A stretch of 61,299 nucleotides of DNA, the filler included, from Sphacelaria rigidula (taxonomy: Eukaryota), in NCBI GenBank assembly GCA_964200075.2. It is 6 parts of 6 records of this genome, joined end to end, with 100 filler letters (N's around TTAATTAATTAA, not from the genome) between each part and the next. Parts side by side here need not be neighbours in the genome. Positions count along the whole stretch, not along the records: positions 20,470 to 30,602 come from CAXNAA020007063.1; positions 30,703 to 40,835 come from CAXNAA020007064.1; 4 more parts are not named here. One strand, given 5' to 3'. Of the stretch, positions 25,678 through 37,899 are shown one piece after another. Position numbers and translations under genes: made by a program. The notes under the pieces were generated by a model. That model had not been told where the DNA came from. It saw only the letters and a program-made list of their open reading frames with translations, and did no database searches. The stretch's first letter is position 1, and the number at the start of each line of letters is the position of its first letter.

Positions 25678-27004
25678 CTGTGCAGTGGAAGATCGACGAG
25701 GCAAAGGGGGGGGGGGAAGCAGACAGATACAAAGAAAAAAAAGAGAATCAGGCAATAATGCATAATTGGGGTGATGGTAGTAGGGGGGGGGGGAGGGGGT
25801 TCAGCGACCGCCATGAGCTGCTGCTGAGAAGACTTTCGATTCAGTTCAGAGGTCAGATTGTTTCACCCTAACACACACGTGAAAATCGCGAAGCACGTGA
25901 TTATAAGTTGGAGGTCGGGGAGGCAAAGGAAGGAACACACCGGCAGGTTCGGCTTACCCTTGCCCTTGACCTTAGAACCGGGTTCAACCCTCAGCCAGCA
26001 GAAGATCTTGCTGCTGCTTACGCGATACGTGACGCAGGCTAAGAATCTCAGGCCGAGATTTGCGCAATTTTTGGAACTTACAGGTAGGAATATATGCTCA
26101 GCTCGAGGAGAAAGTAAGAATTTGATTTCGGGAGGTGCAAGGGGGCCGATCGATGGGTGAAACTCTGCCTCACGGCACTGCATCCCAGAAAGCAAAAAAG
26201 CAAAATGCACAAACATCCCCGAGGGCACATCACCCCCCCAAATCAAGGCGTCTTCTCCCCGAAACCGATCTCACGGTTGACAATTTTCCGAATAAAAAAT
26301 GTCAGTTGCCAAACTTTCCCGCCTGCCCCGCTGCAAGCGTGCAAAAGTATATTTTGCAACGCCATGAGTTGATTTCGACCCGGATACGATCAGTGTGATC
26401 ATGGGTCGTAGGACCTGTGCTGCTTGCTGCTAGAATACCTGCACACCACAAGAGCAGGGGATAGAACTTGCACTATTATACATTGCTTTGTCGATTCAAG
26501 GTGTGAAGGTGTGCGGTGATGAATCTATCCTGCGACGCTCTGAGGGACTTCACGGCTACCAACCCTGAAGGCGAGATTCTGGAGCGGCAATTCTCGGGGC
26601 TGAAGCGACATGTACTTGAGGAAACCTCTCATCGGATCTTTTCTATTTTCTATTTTTTATTTTCTATTTTTATTCTCAAGAGAAAAGTAGAAATCCAGCA
26701 TTTTCGTAATGGAACGTGTTGTGGTTTCAACATACCGTGGTCCCGGATGGGTTTTGTCTTCAACAGTCAAGGGTCAGCTACTCTAGACAGTTTTGTCGTG
26801 AAACGTGAAACATGGAGTGTCGGTGAAAGTAGCATGGGATAGTTTGGTGGCCTCGTCACTCGCAAGAGTCACGGGATTTTTCCTTTCACTCTGACTTCCA
26901 TTGTGGGAAAAAACGTTTTCCGAAACTCTGATGCACTGTACATCGACATGAGAACAACGGCGGACGGCAGCAATTACTGCGACATGTTATCTACGCATTC
27001 ATAC

Positions 27005-27151
27005 CCCGTTGCCCGCGCAAGCGTAGTTGCATTCCGCTCCTTCTCCGTGGCGGTCATACTCCACCACCATCTCGGTTGCGCACCAGCATTCTACCCCAAA
27101 TTGGGTACCAAAATACGGGGCACCTAAGCTAAGGCAGTAGTCGAAGCAAAA
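27005..27151 (-). CDS. Exon 3 of the WSC-domain gene (FCFDYCLSLGAPYFGTQFGVECWCATEMVVEYDRHGEGAECNYACAGNG)
   Basis: WSC core C...C....YFGTQ.G.ECWC...C...C.G; TAG acceptor, GTATGA donor, 147 nt, phase 0/0. Confidence 0.93.
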
Positions 27152-27568
27152 CTATCGGAACACACGACCAGCATTTTCCACGGGGGTGAGGGAGGGGGCG
27201 GGGGGGGGGGGGTGAGCTCAGCCAACAAGCGATACGAAATGAACAGGTGAGGCCGGGGCGATCATTCCGTTTCGATAGACACAGACCCCGAAACTAATGG
27301 ATATTTCGAGGCTGAACTTCGGATTCCGACTCGGACATCGGATAACGAGAAAACCAAAATAGGGCCGTGTACACTTTGAACGAGCGTCACAAATAAAATG
27401 TAGCCGTTGTTGTGCCGATTGGTCAGGAACGACGCACGCACGTTGCAGAAGATCTGTCAACAAGGTCAGGAACGACGAACGCACGTTGCAGAATGTCTGT
27501 CAACAATACACAAGATGGTCTACCATGTACACAAGATACAGCAGTAGTACATGATTAGGTTTGCTTAC

Positions 27569-27659
27569 CTGGGCGTTCATGTTCTCGTCATCAGTCAGCT
27601 TATGACCCAAGATGCGGTCTTGCTTGCTGTCCTTGAAACATCCCACTTCCGTGTAAGAG
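27569..27659 (-). CDS. Exon 2 of the WSC-domain gene (N-SYTEVGCFKDSKQDRILGHKLTDDENMNAQ)
   Basis: WSC N-terminal GCF.D....R.L motif; TGCAG acceptor; CAG|GTAAGC donor. Confidence 0.93.
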
Positions 27660-28396
27660 CTGCATGTCGTAGGAGTGGGAGTGGCACGATTGCATCAGAG
27701 GAAGTGAAACAGCGATTTGATGTGCACAATTTGAGCTTCCATGAAGCCACATTCAGTGGGTGCTTCCAAGCCAAGTGATGCCCCGATAGCCCCCCCCCAA
27801 AACCAGAGCCCATACGGTCACGAAGAAAATGGTCATACAGCGCATGAAAGCTGGTTCCAGAGTGCATAAATTACCTTACACGACATTGGCGAACGTGATC
27901 CCGAGCGCACGAGTTTTCACCTGCTTGAACAAATATTTGACGCATCACTCAACATATTTACGCCCATGCCGAATGATCCGCTTGTCCAGCTGACAATAAT
28001 AATACCGTCATTCTGGTAGGGTTTGTGCACTTGTGCCCAGGTAGTTTCTCATTGAGGTGCTTCTGAATGAGGACATTCCTGTTTCAGATCATTCGAAATA
28101 TTCCCAACCGATTGGAATGCTAATCGTAGCGTATTGTCGCATTTTATATCAGCCATTTCTTCGCTGAGATGGAAGAGTTTCTAGCAATTCAAACGCGAGA
28201 AACCTATTAAGGAACCCTACCGTGGAAATATATGTCTGATCGCACGAGTGCCCTCCTTGGCTGGCATATACTTCGAGCGGCTGAGAAGGTTACGGAGCGG
28301 GTCGCTCAAGCTCTCCAAACAACGGCACGGGTTTGACGCAAAGACAATACAGTAGTAGTGAGGCAACAATAGAGAACAGAGACGCAACCCACTCAC

Positions 28397-28509
28397 TTAG
28401 CAAGTTTGCGGAGGTACCCCCGGGAGACAGCCTCAGCACCGGTCTGGTACGCCAGAAGAGAAGCACCCGTGATAACCGCCGAGGTCGTACTGAATCGGAC
28501 TCCCACCAT
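28397..28509 (-). CDS. First coding exon of the WSC-domain gene: signal peptide and propeptide (MVGVRFSTTSAVITGASLLAYQTGAEAVSRGYLRKLA)
   Basis: ATG at 28509; hydrophobic stretch ending in an AEA (A-x-A) site; AA|GTGAGT donor, phase 2, joins exon 2 to form AAC. The five exons total 789 nt = 262 aa + stop. Confidence 0.8.
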
Positions 28510-29964
28510 GACTATTGCTGCTGAAATTGGTCACGGGCAAATTGATGGGGAGGGAGGAGCAGTGTCAGCACCGCATGTGGCTTGTGGTGTGCTTGTAGGT
28601 TCACGAGTTGGGGTGTTCAGGAATCTCTCTGTTACGGCTTGTTCACCGTGGTCGAAGCCGTCGCGAGTTGTCCCAAACATATGCTAGCTGGTTGACGATT
28701 TATACTTTTGTGCTCGCACATGCGGCCATTCGGTTACCGTCAAACATCCTCTACTATAGGGGATTTCCCAAACGTCACCCTCAGTTCCGTCCGTTTTGAA
28801 CCCTCCATCAGAGGATCTTGGTCATTCGCAATCCTCTAGAGGATATTCAGCGTTAGGGTCTCCCTCAAAGGTCTGTGTCAATTACGAAATTCTCTGGATT
28901 GTTGTCGAAGGCACTCGTGCTACGAACTCGGCCAGCCTAGAGGCGGATTGGTACTTTGGAGGCCCATACGCGAGCGAACACTCAGGGTTGGACCCTGAAA
29001 CTTGGTATGGGCAATGAACAGGGCATCAAACAATTACGGACTTTCTTCTTGGCATTGTATTGATACCTGAGAACCGATCATTACCCTCAACTCATATTCA
29101 GAGTGGATGCTCTGGCATTCCTAACAGGGATTTTGTTTTTGCTTGAGCACACGTCCTGTGCATGCAGCTACCGTACAGCACCCCATTCGAGGAATTCGGC
29201 GGTCTGGTTGGTGAGATCACGCACAAAGCATTCTTACATCTGGGGGGCATTTCGGAACGGAAACTGTCTCAGGGACTAATCGGTTTTTCCTGAAAGAGGG
29301 GATCTTTAGTTGCAACGGACTGACTACGTCGTTGCGATCAAGTGATGTGTAAAATTGATCGTGCAGGTGACAGCTTCCATTGAAGCCACCGCTTCACGAG
29401 CTGGGCGCATTACTCCTCGAACTGTGACGATTTCAAAATCGACGGGAAAGTCAATTGTTTCGGGTCTGACTCTGAATCTGAAACTACGTTCCGAATCTCA
29501 CGAATTTAGTTCATAGATGGAAATATGGTGCTGTACTGGACTGTACAATACCGCGCAGGATAGCACCATACCGTGCAGAACGTGTGGTGCATGCCCTGTA
29601 CTGCAGAGTTTGCGCGGCGTATGTGCTACGTATGGCTATACAATTTGGATGTCTTCAAGTTTGAATATATGAGGATTCTATATCCCGTTAGCTACTGCGG
29701 TACACGCGGTACGAGCATGCTCGATCACAACTGCATAAATATGTACACTCAGCAGGATGTGAAAGGGCAGCGGGCAAAGCGCAGTACAGACAGCGCAGGA
29801 CTATCTGTTTCCCGCCAACAGTTCGACGTGAAAATGACTCGAACAACGCTGCCTGCACTGTCCATGAGTGTGCACGTAAGCCGGCTGTCCACCCTATCCG
29901 GCGTGGTTCCGTTGCCGCGATTCAGACCATTGAAGAAGATGCTCAAGTGTCCAGTAGAAAGTAC

Positions 29965-30065
29965 ATCATACGAGCTGGGCCAGCCTAGAGGCGAATTGGA
30001 AATTTGGAGGCGAATGCGCCGGCCAATACTCAAAGTTGGAGCGTCAAGTTTGGTATGGACAATGC
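29965..30065 (+). repeat. Dispersed repeat related to 33250-33345
   Basis: Shared CATACGAGCTGG.CCAGCCTAGA and AGTTGGA...TCAA.TTTGGTATGGA.AAT. Confidence 0.6.
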
Positions 30066-30602
30066 ATAGTATTGTTGTTCCTTTTCAACGTTATGGAGGC
30101 ATTGTGCTGAAATTATAATTCATCCCAGCGTCAGTTGAAGACGGTCATACTCGAAGGCGTAAAATATGCTGAGACTTGAGAGGGCGGGCGTCCTTGGAAT
30201 AGAGGTCTCCACACCAGCACGGATACCTGGCGCTACAGACCAGCTTTCGCGCGTTTGACAGCCGGATGGGAAAGGATGCCCGTCACTACGAATGCAGAAA
30301 GCGTTTATTGCACGATATGTATCCGCGCAATTGTAAGTTGACACTGTGTGTTCCCAGTACCATAACAACGAGTACCGCAGAACTGACTGTACGATGCGAG
30401 CCACGGCTTGACAGGGCTGGAATACCCGCGATTCATTCGTGCAAAAACAAAATCACAACTCGCGCGCTGTTCTACTATTATGGAACCAAGTGAAAACTCT
30501 GCAAACAGCCAATCACTTGGTTCCATAATAGTACCCTGAAATTGGATTTTCCCGTAGGACCCCAACATTTCGGTTATTGACATCCATATTTTTAGGACAT
30601 GT

Positions 30603-30702
30603 NNNNNNNNNNNNNNNNNNNNNNNNNNNNNNNNNNNNNNNNNNNNTTAATTAATTAANNNNNNNNNNNNNNNNNNNNNNNNNNNNNNNNNNNNNNNNNN
30701 NN
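30603..30702. other. Artificial scaffold linker
   Basis: N44-TTAATTAATTAA-N44. Confidence 0.99.
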
Positions 30703-30867
30703 TGAACCCAAACATCAGGCGCTGTATGGCCATTTTGTTCGTGACACTTTTAGGCTGGTTTTGTGGGGGGGCTATCGTAGCAAGTTTCAAATGTTTGGAT
30801 CAAAGTCTGGCTGCTGCGAAAGTGCTGGCCCATTGCTTGATACCGTGAAAAAAACGCTGCAAGTGCA

Positions 30868-30995
30868 CTACACTGTGCTACGCTGCTACATTGCGCTACG
30901 CTGCTACACTGAGCTACGCTGCTACACTGAGCTACGCTGCTACACTGCGCTACGCTGCTACACTGCGCTACGTTGCCACACTACGCTACGCTACA
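30868..30995. repeat. 18-bp minisatellite (CTACACTGCGCTACGCTG)n, ~7 copies, in a BCKDHB intron
   Basis: Direct reading. Confidence 0.93.
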
Positions 30996-31159
30996 AATTA
31001 GTTCAAGGGAGGAGATGAGTTGATCCTTTGAAGCTGTTGGATTCGTTCCGACGAAGGGGGAGAAGATATAAAAAAAACCCAAAAAAACACGAAATACAGA
31101 AAAGAAGAGATGGAGCTCATTGAACGGCAGTACATATATTATCCCTTTCTTCACGGTAC

Positions 31160-31330
31160 CTGCATTTCGGCAATAGCAGTCTTGCCCATCGAGGCATAGC
31201 CGATCGCAAATCCTGCGATGCCCTGCTCGCACAGAGGGCTATTGAACACTCGGTCGGGGCCGAACTGCTCCCTCAGCCCAACAGTGCAGCGAAATACGCC
31301 CCCGAACGCCACGTCCTCGCCAAATGTTAT
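31160..31330 (-). CDS. BCKDHB: Branched-chain 2-oxoacid dehydrogenase E1 beta subunit, internal exon
   Basis: [57 protein letters not shown] closely matches BCKDH E1-beta; CAG acceptor, CAG|GTACCG donor, 171 nt; remaining exons lie beyond the scaffold end. Confidence 0.96.
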
Positions 31331-32003
31331 CTGACAATCGACGCAAGAGCACCACGGCGGATAGTAACAATTTAAGCGTACACCCACATACAGACACGTG
31401 TCGCTCGGTATTTTTCTTGCCCCCAAAGCGATGCGTTGAGACCGTTTCTCACGACTGGTTTTCGTTGGGGGGGGGGGGGGGGGGTTTGCATGCAACAGTC
31501 AGGGAAAGAAAAAATTATTCGGCCCCCCGGGGGGAAGGGATTTTTGGGCAGTGTTTNNNNNNNNNNTCTGGCGCGTCGCCTTCCTTCTTTTCCCCCCCCC
31601 CAGCGTGGGTTGGTCAGGCCTTCTTTGTCTGGGGGTTGGGGGGGGGGGGGGGGGGGGGGGAGTTTGCATGCAACAGTCAGGAGAAGAACTAATTCTGCGT
31701 CCCACCGGTGAGAAGAGTATTTTGCGCAGTGTTTATCAAAAGCGGTCAATATATTCGAGGGAAATCCCAAGAACTACTGATGTACAGTAGTTTGACGCGT
31801 GTCTTGTGCATGAACGCCTGCAACCAAAAATCTTTTTCCATCGGCGCCGTCGTAGCTCAGCCTTTGCCTCCCCCGCCCCTCCCAAGCTAGCCCGTATTCA
31901 ATTTGATGATTACTTCTTGGCTCGGCCAATTGTAGCTAGAACAAAAGCCTGTTTGCGTTGACAACGAAAAAACCTCAACGCTTCGATCAGTCAATTATCT
32001 CAC

Positions 32004-32807
32004 CGCACTCGCGTCCGTTTCCATGGCTGTGCGCATCGCGGCGTTGACCGCTGTGAAGAGATTCATCCTGGTGCACGGCCCATCCCGGTACGGGCTCTCT
32101 ACGACGCTGCCTTCATCGGCGCTAATGCCATCAGGAACGCTCATCGTGCTCATCCCGGCCGACTTGCCGGCAACAGGAGCAAGGACCGCACAGGTCTCAC
32201 TAGCGGTAGCTGCTCCGATCGTGCTCCTGAAAGCATTCGTGGAGATGCTCCTACTGCCGCCTCCAACACCGGAATCGCTACCGCCCCAAGCGGAGACTGG
32301 GGTCGTTCCACCAAAGCTCACGGACGAACAAGCAGCACGAGCACCGCTAGAAGCAACAGCGGGGTCGAGTGCACCGCTAGCCCTGCTCACCACTGCCGCT
32401 GCCGCTGCCGCCGCCGCACCGTGCGGGATAGCTTGGTCGCCTCGAATCGACAACTCTGAGTTCCCATAATGCAACGCCTGCCTCGTCAAATCATCCTCCG
32501 GTTTCTGTTGTGGCTGCGGGCCACCTCGTCGCTGCTGGGATGACACAGGGATGCTGGATGGACTGCAGAGATCTCCCGACAAACCGTCGGCTGCTACAGC
32601 AGCGGAAACTGTAGCCGACGACGGCCCCCGTCGACGGACTGTTCGTGGTGTGGGATCGCCATAATCGGTCGATAACGGAAGTGCCGAGTCCAACGCTGCT
32701 TCTTGCCCATGTTGCTGTACTTTCTGACCGTAGTAGAGTGGTTTCGTCAAGGCGGGAGAGGGAAAAAGGAGCGGGAAGGGCGGAGGGAGGATTGATGAGT
32801 GTTCCAT
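32004..32807 (-). CDS. BCKDHB: BCKDH E1 beta upstream exon with a long N-terminal extension (5' boundary uncertain)
   Basis: Ends ...MNLFTAVNAAMRTAMETDASA|GTGAGA, phase 0, in frame with 31330; matches the conserved E1-beta MNLF helix. Confidence 0.85.
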
Positions 32808-33292
32808 GTCTTCGATAAGAGCTCAAGGGCCGCCCAAGCTTCCGAAACGACGGTGGATATTGATGATCCTGACCCAAGCGCTTCACTATATGTTGGGATA
32901 CTTGAAAGAGGTACTGATGAACGAATTAGAGAAGGCGGCGGCAGGGCGCTTCACTATGTCTTAGAGTACTTGAAGGACGCAATTGATGGAACAAATCAGA
33001 TAAGACGGCGGCAGAGGCTTCAAACGATCGACGGCGTGACGATCATCACATGTGCTGAAGATCAGCAAGATAGGAACGCGGCAAAATATATATATTCCTG
33101 CGCATCGGTACCCCTGGCAAGCTTAGTGCACTGCAGCGAACTTGTTGTGAAAAATAAAAGAAGCTCTATGCCCAGCACAAGCTCGTACAAAACCTAGCCG
33201 ACTTGAAACACGACCACCATGCTATGTACAACAGAGCAAAAACGCTCACCATACGAGCTGGACCAGCCTAGAAGCGGATCTGTAGATTGCAG

Positions 33293-33554
33293 GCCCAATA
33301 TCACCTCAATTTTGAGAGTTGGACTTTCAATTTGGTATGGAGAATCAACAGGGGTGATCAAATCATGTTGGGACGAAAGGATTTTTGTTTTCCATGGCTA
33401 ACGGACATATTCCTGAAAACTGGATCTTGCCTTTTGTCCTGAACCAATGGGAAAAAATCTTCTCGTCCGAACATATTTGTTTACGATGCCCTGACCATTC
33501 ATTCTCCATATCAAATTCGAAAGTCCAACTCTCCAAATTGAGGTGAGAATGGGC
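33293..33554. mobile_element. ~260-bp foldback (MITE-like palindrome)
   Basis: 33293-33345 is a near-exact reverse complement of 33501-33554; imperfect pairing continues to the centre at ~33420. Confidence 0.8.
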
Positions 33555-35126
33555 GATTCAGAACCGGGGCCAATCAAAATTCGGAAGAGTATTTTGCAGG
33601 CCATATACCAGCCCAGGTATGGTACTTGTGATTTGAATTTTTTGGTGGAAAATCGCTAGGACACATGAAAAAAAAAAGGGATACGCTGATTATTTTCAAT
33701 TTTGCATAATTCAAGGACGTTTGAGTATAGTGAAGACCATTGTTGTCACGAGAACTTGTACTCACCGATAAAATAAAAAAAGAAAGAAAGCCAACTGTTT
33801 GTTTTCAGCATGCCGTTGCGATTCTCTATCATCATGTTCAAATCGCCATTCTCAGAAATGAGCTGAAAAACTGAGAAAAGGGCCAAAGACAAAGTTCATT
33901 TTTCACCAACAAGCCTTCAAGGCATGAAAAAAGTGAAAAAAGAATGAAAAAAAATATCAAAGAGCTGAAGCTCTTTGGTTGTTGTGCCCTAGAGCTTCTT
34001 TATACAAGATCGCAAAGCATAACTCTCACAAAAGGGATGCAAAATCCAGATTCGACACATTTCGTTCCTCTACTCGTGAGATCTAGAGTTCAGTGTGGAA
34101 TCTTGTGTGCGCCATATCTCGAGATGGATAAGGAAGCAGGGGACGGTGAGGGTATCGATAGTTTGCCCGTGCTCCAGGGAATGTCCACACCGAAAGTCAT
34201 CATCATCCGTCGTATGTACCGTACGGGGTTTGATGTAGACTCTAGTCGAGGGCGCAATCTCCGTTCGGTACAGGAATAACTCGACACGGCGTTTCAAGAG
34301 GAAAAAATTTGCCCGGGCTTCTGAGCAGATGGGCACCTTCCCCTTGATTGGACATTTTCAAAGGTGTTCGGATCACGGCCCAAATCGTGTGTCGGTGAGA
34401 TTTGGCGGTGAGGGCTTGAACCCGCCTTCAGGTTGGCCCAGCTCGTTAGCGTGCTCTACTGCATTTATTCCCCGCACCCAGGAGGCGCTCCCCCGACTAT
34501 TCAAATATACTGTACATTTTCTTGATTTTCATCTTCATCTTCTCTTTCAGGGACAGACCGTGCATCAGCAGGTTGCTTTGTTCAGTTCACAGTGATATAC
34601 GCCTGACACCGGGCTGATGCGGAAAACTGGGAGGAAAGCGGTTCTTATGGCTGGCCTAGCTCGTACTGTACACGAATCATTAGTGACTCGACGTGAAGAG
34701 GTAAACGACGTCTGCTGGAGCAAGACCACATTCTTGGCATGTCGCGAATTGCCATTCAAGATACATGCCAATCACTCTGCGCGTGTGTAGACAAGAGATG
34801 TGGAGTGAATCGTTGTGTGCTTGGCGTTTTTGTTGCTCAGTTCGCATTCGAGAACCGTTTCCCACCGTTTCTCCTCGAGGATGCGTCAACGATGAAAAGG
34901 CTGCACGTTCTCCAGCGACCACCGAAACTGTTACTCCCCCGGTGACTCTGCTACTGCAAAAGCGGCGGACGGCGCCAAGCATCAGTGAAAGTGTCATTTT
35001 GATGCAAACAACACCTGCGGAGAGCGGGCGGGCGGGCGGCGAGGGGGGCAGGGGGGGGGGGGGGGTGCTGCTGTTCTACTANNNNNNNNNNCCCCCCCCC
35101 GCCCTCTCCGCGGTCCGACACACCCG

Positions 35127-35180
<54 letters not shown>

Positions 35181-35689
35181 GCTGCTGTTCTATTAATAGC
35201 ATGTTTCTTCCGATACGCTTTGCCGTATGTACTGATGTAGGGATAGACATTCAATGATTTACACTGCTTGATGCAGTACATCCGTGTCGGCACGGAGTAC
35301 TATCCTGCTGCCTTATTCAAGTTGAAAATATCAGTGTGTTAGTTGGATGTCGTCTTTCTTAACGAACAAGGCGCTTCGTGCCCAGACAAATCGTTCCTGT
35401 GCTGTGGCAGACACGGTTGTAGTGTGGTGCTTGTGGACCCTGCGAAACGGTTTGATCTGCGCTGCGGATTGCGTGAACTGCTATACTGTTGCTGTGTCCC
35501 GGTCGGTACACAAGTTTAGACTACCGAAAACGACATCATGGTGTAATGAATGCGTTGCGTCATCTGTAAAATCGACAACGCTCTTTGTGCCAACACCCGT
35601 CACTTCTATCCTGTAGTTTTCGCTGTACTGTGATGCGTTTGAACCGCACGAACACGGAAGGTTTGATCCGTGCTGGGAATTACCGGAAA

Positions 35690-36330
35690 TAGGGAATTCT
35701 GAATGGGAACGGACGTTGTTTGTGGGAACGAAATTCCTTCCATGATCTTCGGAATTGTGAGAAATGGTACGCAACGAACGCACCTTCGAGGGGAACAACG
35801 TCTCCGTGAGATTGAGAGTGAGCCCTGATTGAAGGTGGCTTTGATCATTCGCTGTAACCTAGCCAACTTTTCGTTCCGTGTGTGTTTTTCTTTGCATCCA
35901 TCGTTGGCGTGTGCTCACAGCTGCACGTCGATATCCTACTCAGGGATGTCAGGGGCTCTAGTGGCAAGCCACCACAGGAAGCATATTGAGCCTCGTTGAG
36001 GGGCATTTCGGAACCGAAACGATTCATTCACTTATTGAGCCGCTTTCACTCCCAATCGTATCCTCTACTTTCAATCTCACGAAAACATTGTTGGGGGTCA
36101 TTGTGTTGAATTTCTCGCTTTCGTCCGCATCGGTGGGGAACGATACCCCTGGAAGGCACGTTCGAGGGCACTGGAGGTTCAAACAACCGCTTGGGGGGGA
36201 ACTCCAGTTCCCTCGAAGAAGGTGCTCTCGGGGGTGTGTGTTATTCCTCGCGATTCCGAACACCAGGAAAAAGATTCGTCCCCACGTCCCCACGGAAAAT
36301 GTTCGTTGCCATTTTTCAGAACCCCTGTTC
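35690..36330. mobile_element. Foldback/MULE-like non-autonomous element with long imperfect inverted arms
   Basis: 35690-35830 pairs with 36040-36090 and 36205-36330; the core 35805-36090 is homologous to 52645-52925; end motifs recur at 20690-20880. Confidence 0.6.
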
Positions 36331-37864
36331 TGAGCTGCTGTACTGCCACTGCGGGCCGGTCTGTTCAGAATTGGGGTGGGAACAAAATGCTGTCCACACA
36401 AAGTTGGAAAAGTCACATGATGGTTACGCAGCCGTTGTGTACAACTCCGAGGTCACGCCAACTTCATGTATATGCACAAGTCCAACCTTGTGACATTCAG
36501 GCCACTTGTTATGTAAAAAATAATAATATTAAAAAAGCCGTTTTCTGATAATCGACCGGAAATCCACATATTTTTTTTATTTGTGTGATCAAAAGACACG
36601 TGTTTTTATTATATTTCTTCTGCTGACGCTTTTCAACTGCCCGAAGTTGTCAGAAAATATGAAATAGCTTTGGGCGATTGAAAAACGTTATTGAAGAGCG
36701 TTTGAATCCCGACGCTCATCAACACGAACCATACCCCTTCATTAAGGGTTCGTACTTTCAAACAAATCCCGGGAAAAAAAAAAACACGAGACGAGGAAAA
36801 AAATATGAGATGAGCCCTCCCGGCTCGTGCTCGAACGAGTATTTGATTTTTTTTTTAATACAAGCCGAGATCGACTCATGATTTTTTCTGTCGTATCTTG
36901 TATTTTTCAACCAACACGCGGCGAGAGTAGCATCGCGCACCAGCGCTCAAGATGTTTGTTCCCTTTTGCGTCATCTGCGGGGCTCTCCTGACAGAAATGT
37001 CGAACATCCCCAGCGTCGTTTACACACTAAAACAGACTTTGCTTCGCCATCCCGGCGCACGCGGGATGGCGTCAGGGTTTGAGGATATGTTGGTGTGGAC
37101 CGTGCTGTCGAAAACCTGCAGCACGGACTGTGCTGCCTCATGCAGGTTGTTGTAGGTGTGTCAATTTGCACACAACAACAGGACAGCAGTACAGCGCTTA
37201 TAGTAAAAAAGGAAGCGGACGCCGTGAGAGTTGTGGACAACATGCAATGCAGGTAGTACTAGGGAGTATTGTACTATACCTTCTGTACTGCCGAAATTTA
37301 ACAGGATAAACACATGTCGGTTTGGACCTAGAATTTTGTACAACGGCTGTACTGTAAATAATCTCGACAACGTGCAGCGCAGACAATGTTCATGCTACCG
37401 CATACAACAGGAGGATGCACATGTCAGATTCCACGCAGTAGTGTTCAACGACTGCACTACTCGTAAGTATGATGCGGATAACATAAAGTATAGACAGTAC
37501 CAGGCAGTACCGTACTGCTTGCAATGCCGCGTACGGTAGTATTGGATGCAGATGTCAGTTTGCAGGCAACAGTGGTTTACAATGGCTGCACGGACAATGA
37601 TGTGCACAAGTGCAGTACAGACGGTACTAGACAGTACAGTACTGCCTTTGCTGCCCCATACGGCAGTATAGGATGGAAACTTCAGTTTGCACGCAGTACG
37701 AACTGGGCCGGCAGTCATCGGGGGAGGTCTGTGTTGCACGCCTTCTTACACCAACACAGGAAGCTTGATACGGTGAAGTCTCCAAGTCTTTGTACCCCGC
37801 GTTCGCGTGTACACTCCTTTAGATTCCGCTGACCGTACTTTTGGTACCCTCCCTCTCTTGTGTT

Positions 37865-37899
<35 letters not shown>

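Noticed and set aside
31400-31730. Duplicated poly-G block in the BCKDHB intron (and likewise at 35040-35195)
   Set aside because: The copies straddle 10-N gaps beside G homopolymers; most likely mis-merged low-quality read ends
24464-32807. WSC gene and BCKDHB as a functional cluster
   Set aside because: They lie on different scaffolds separated by an artificial linker
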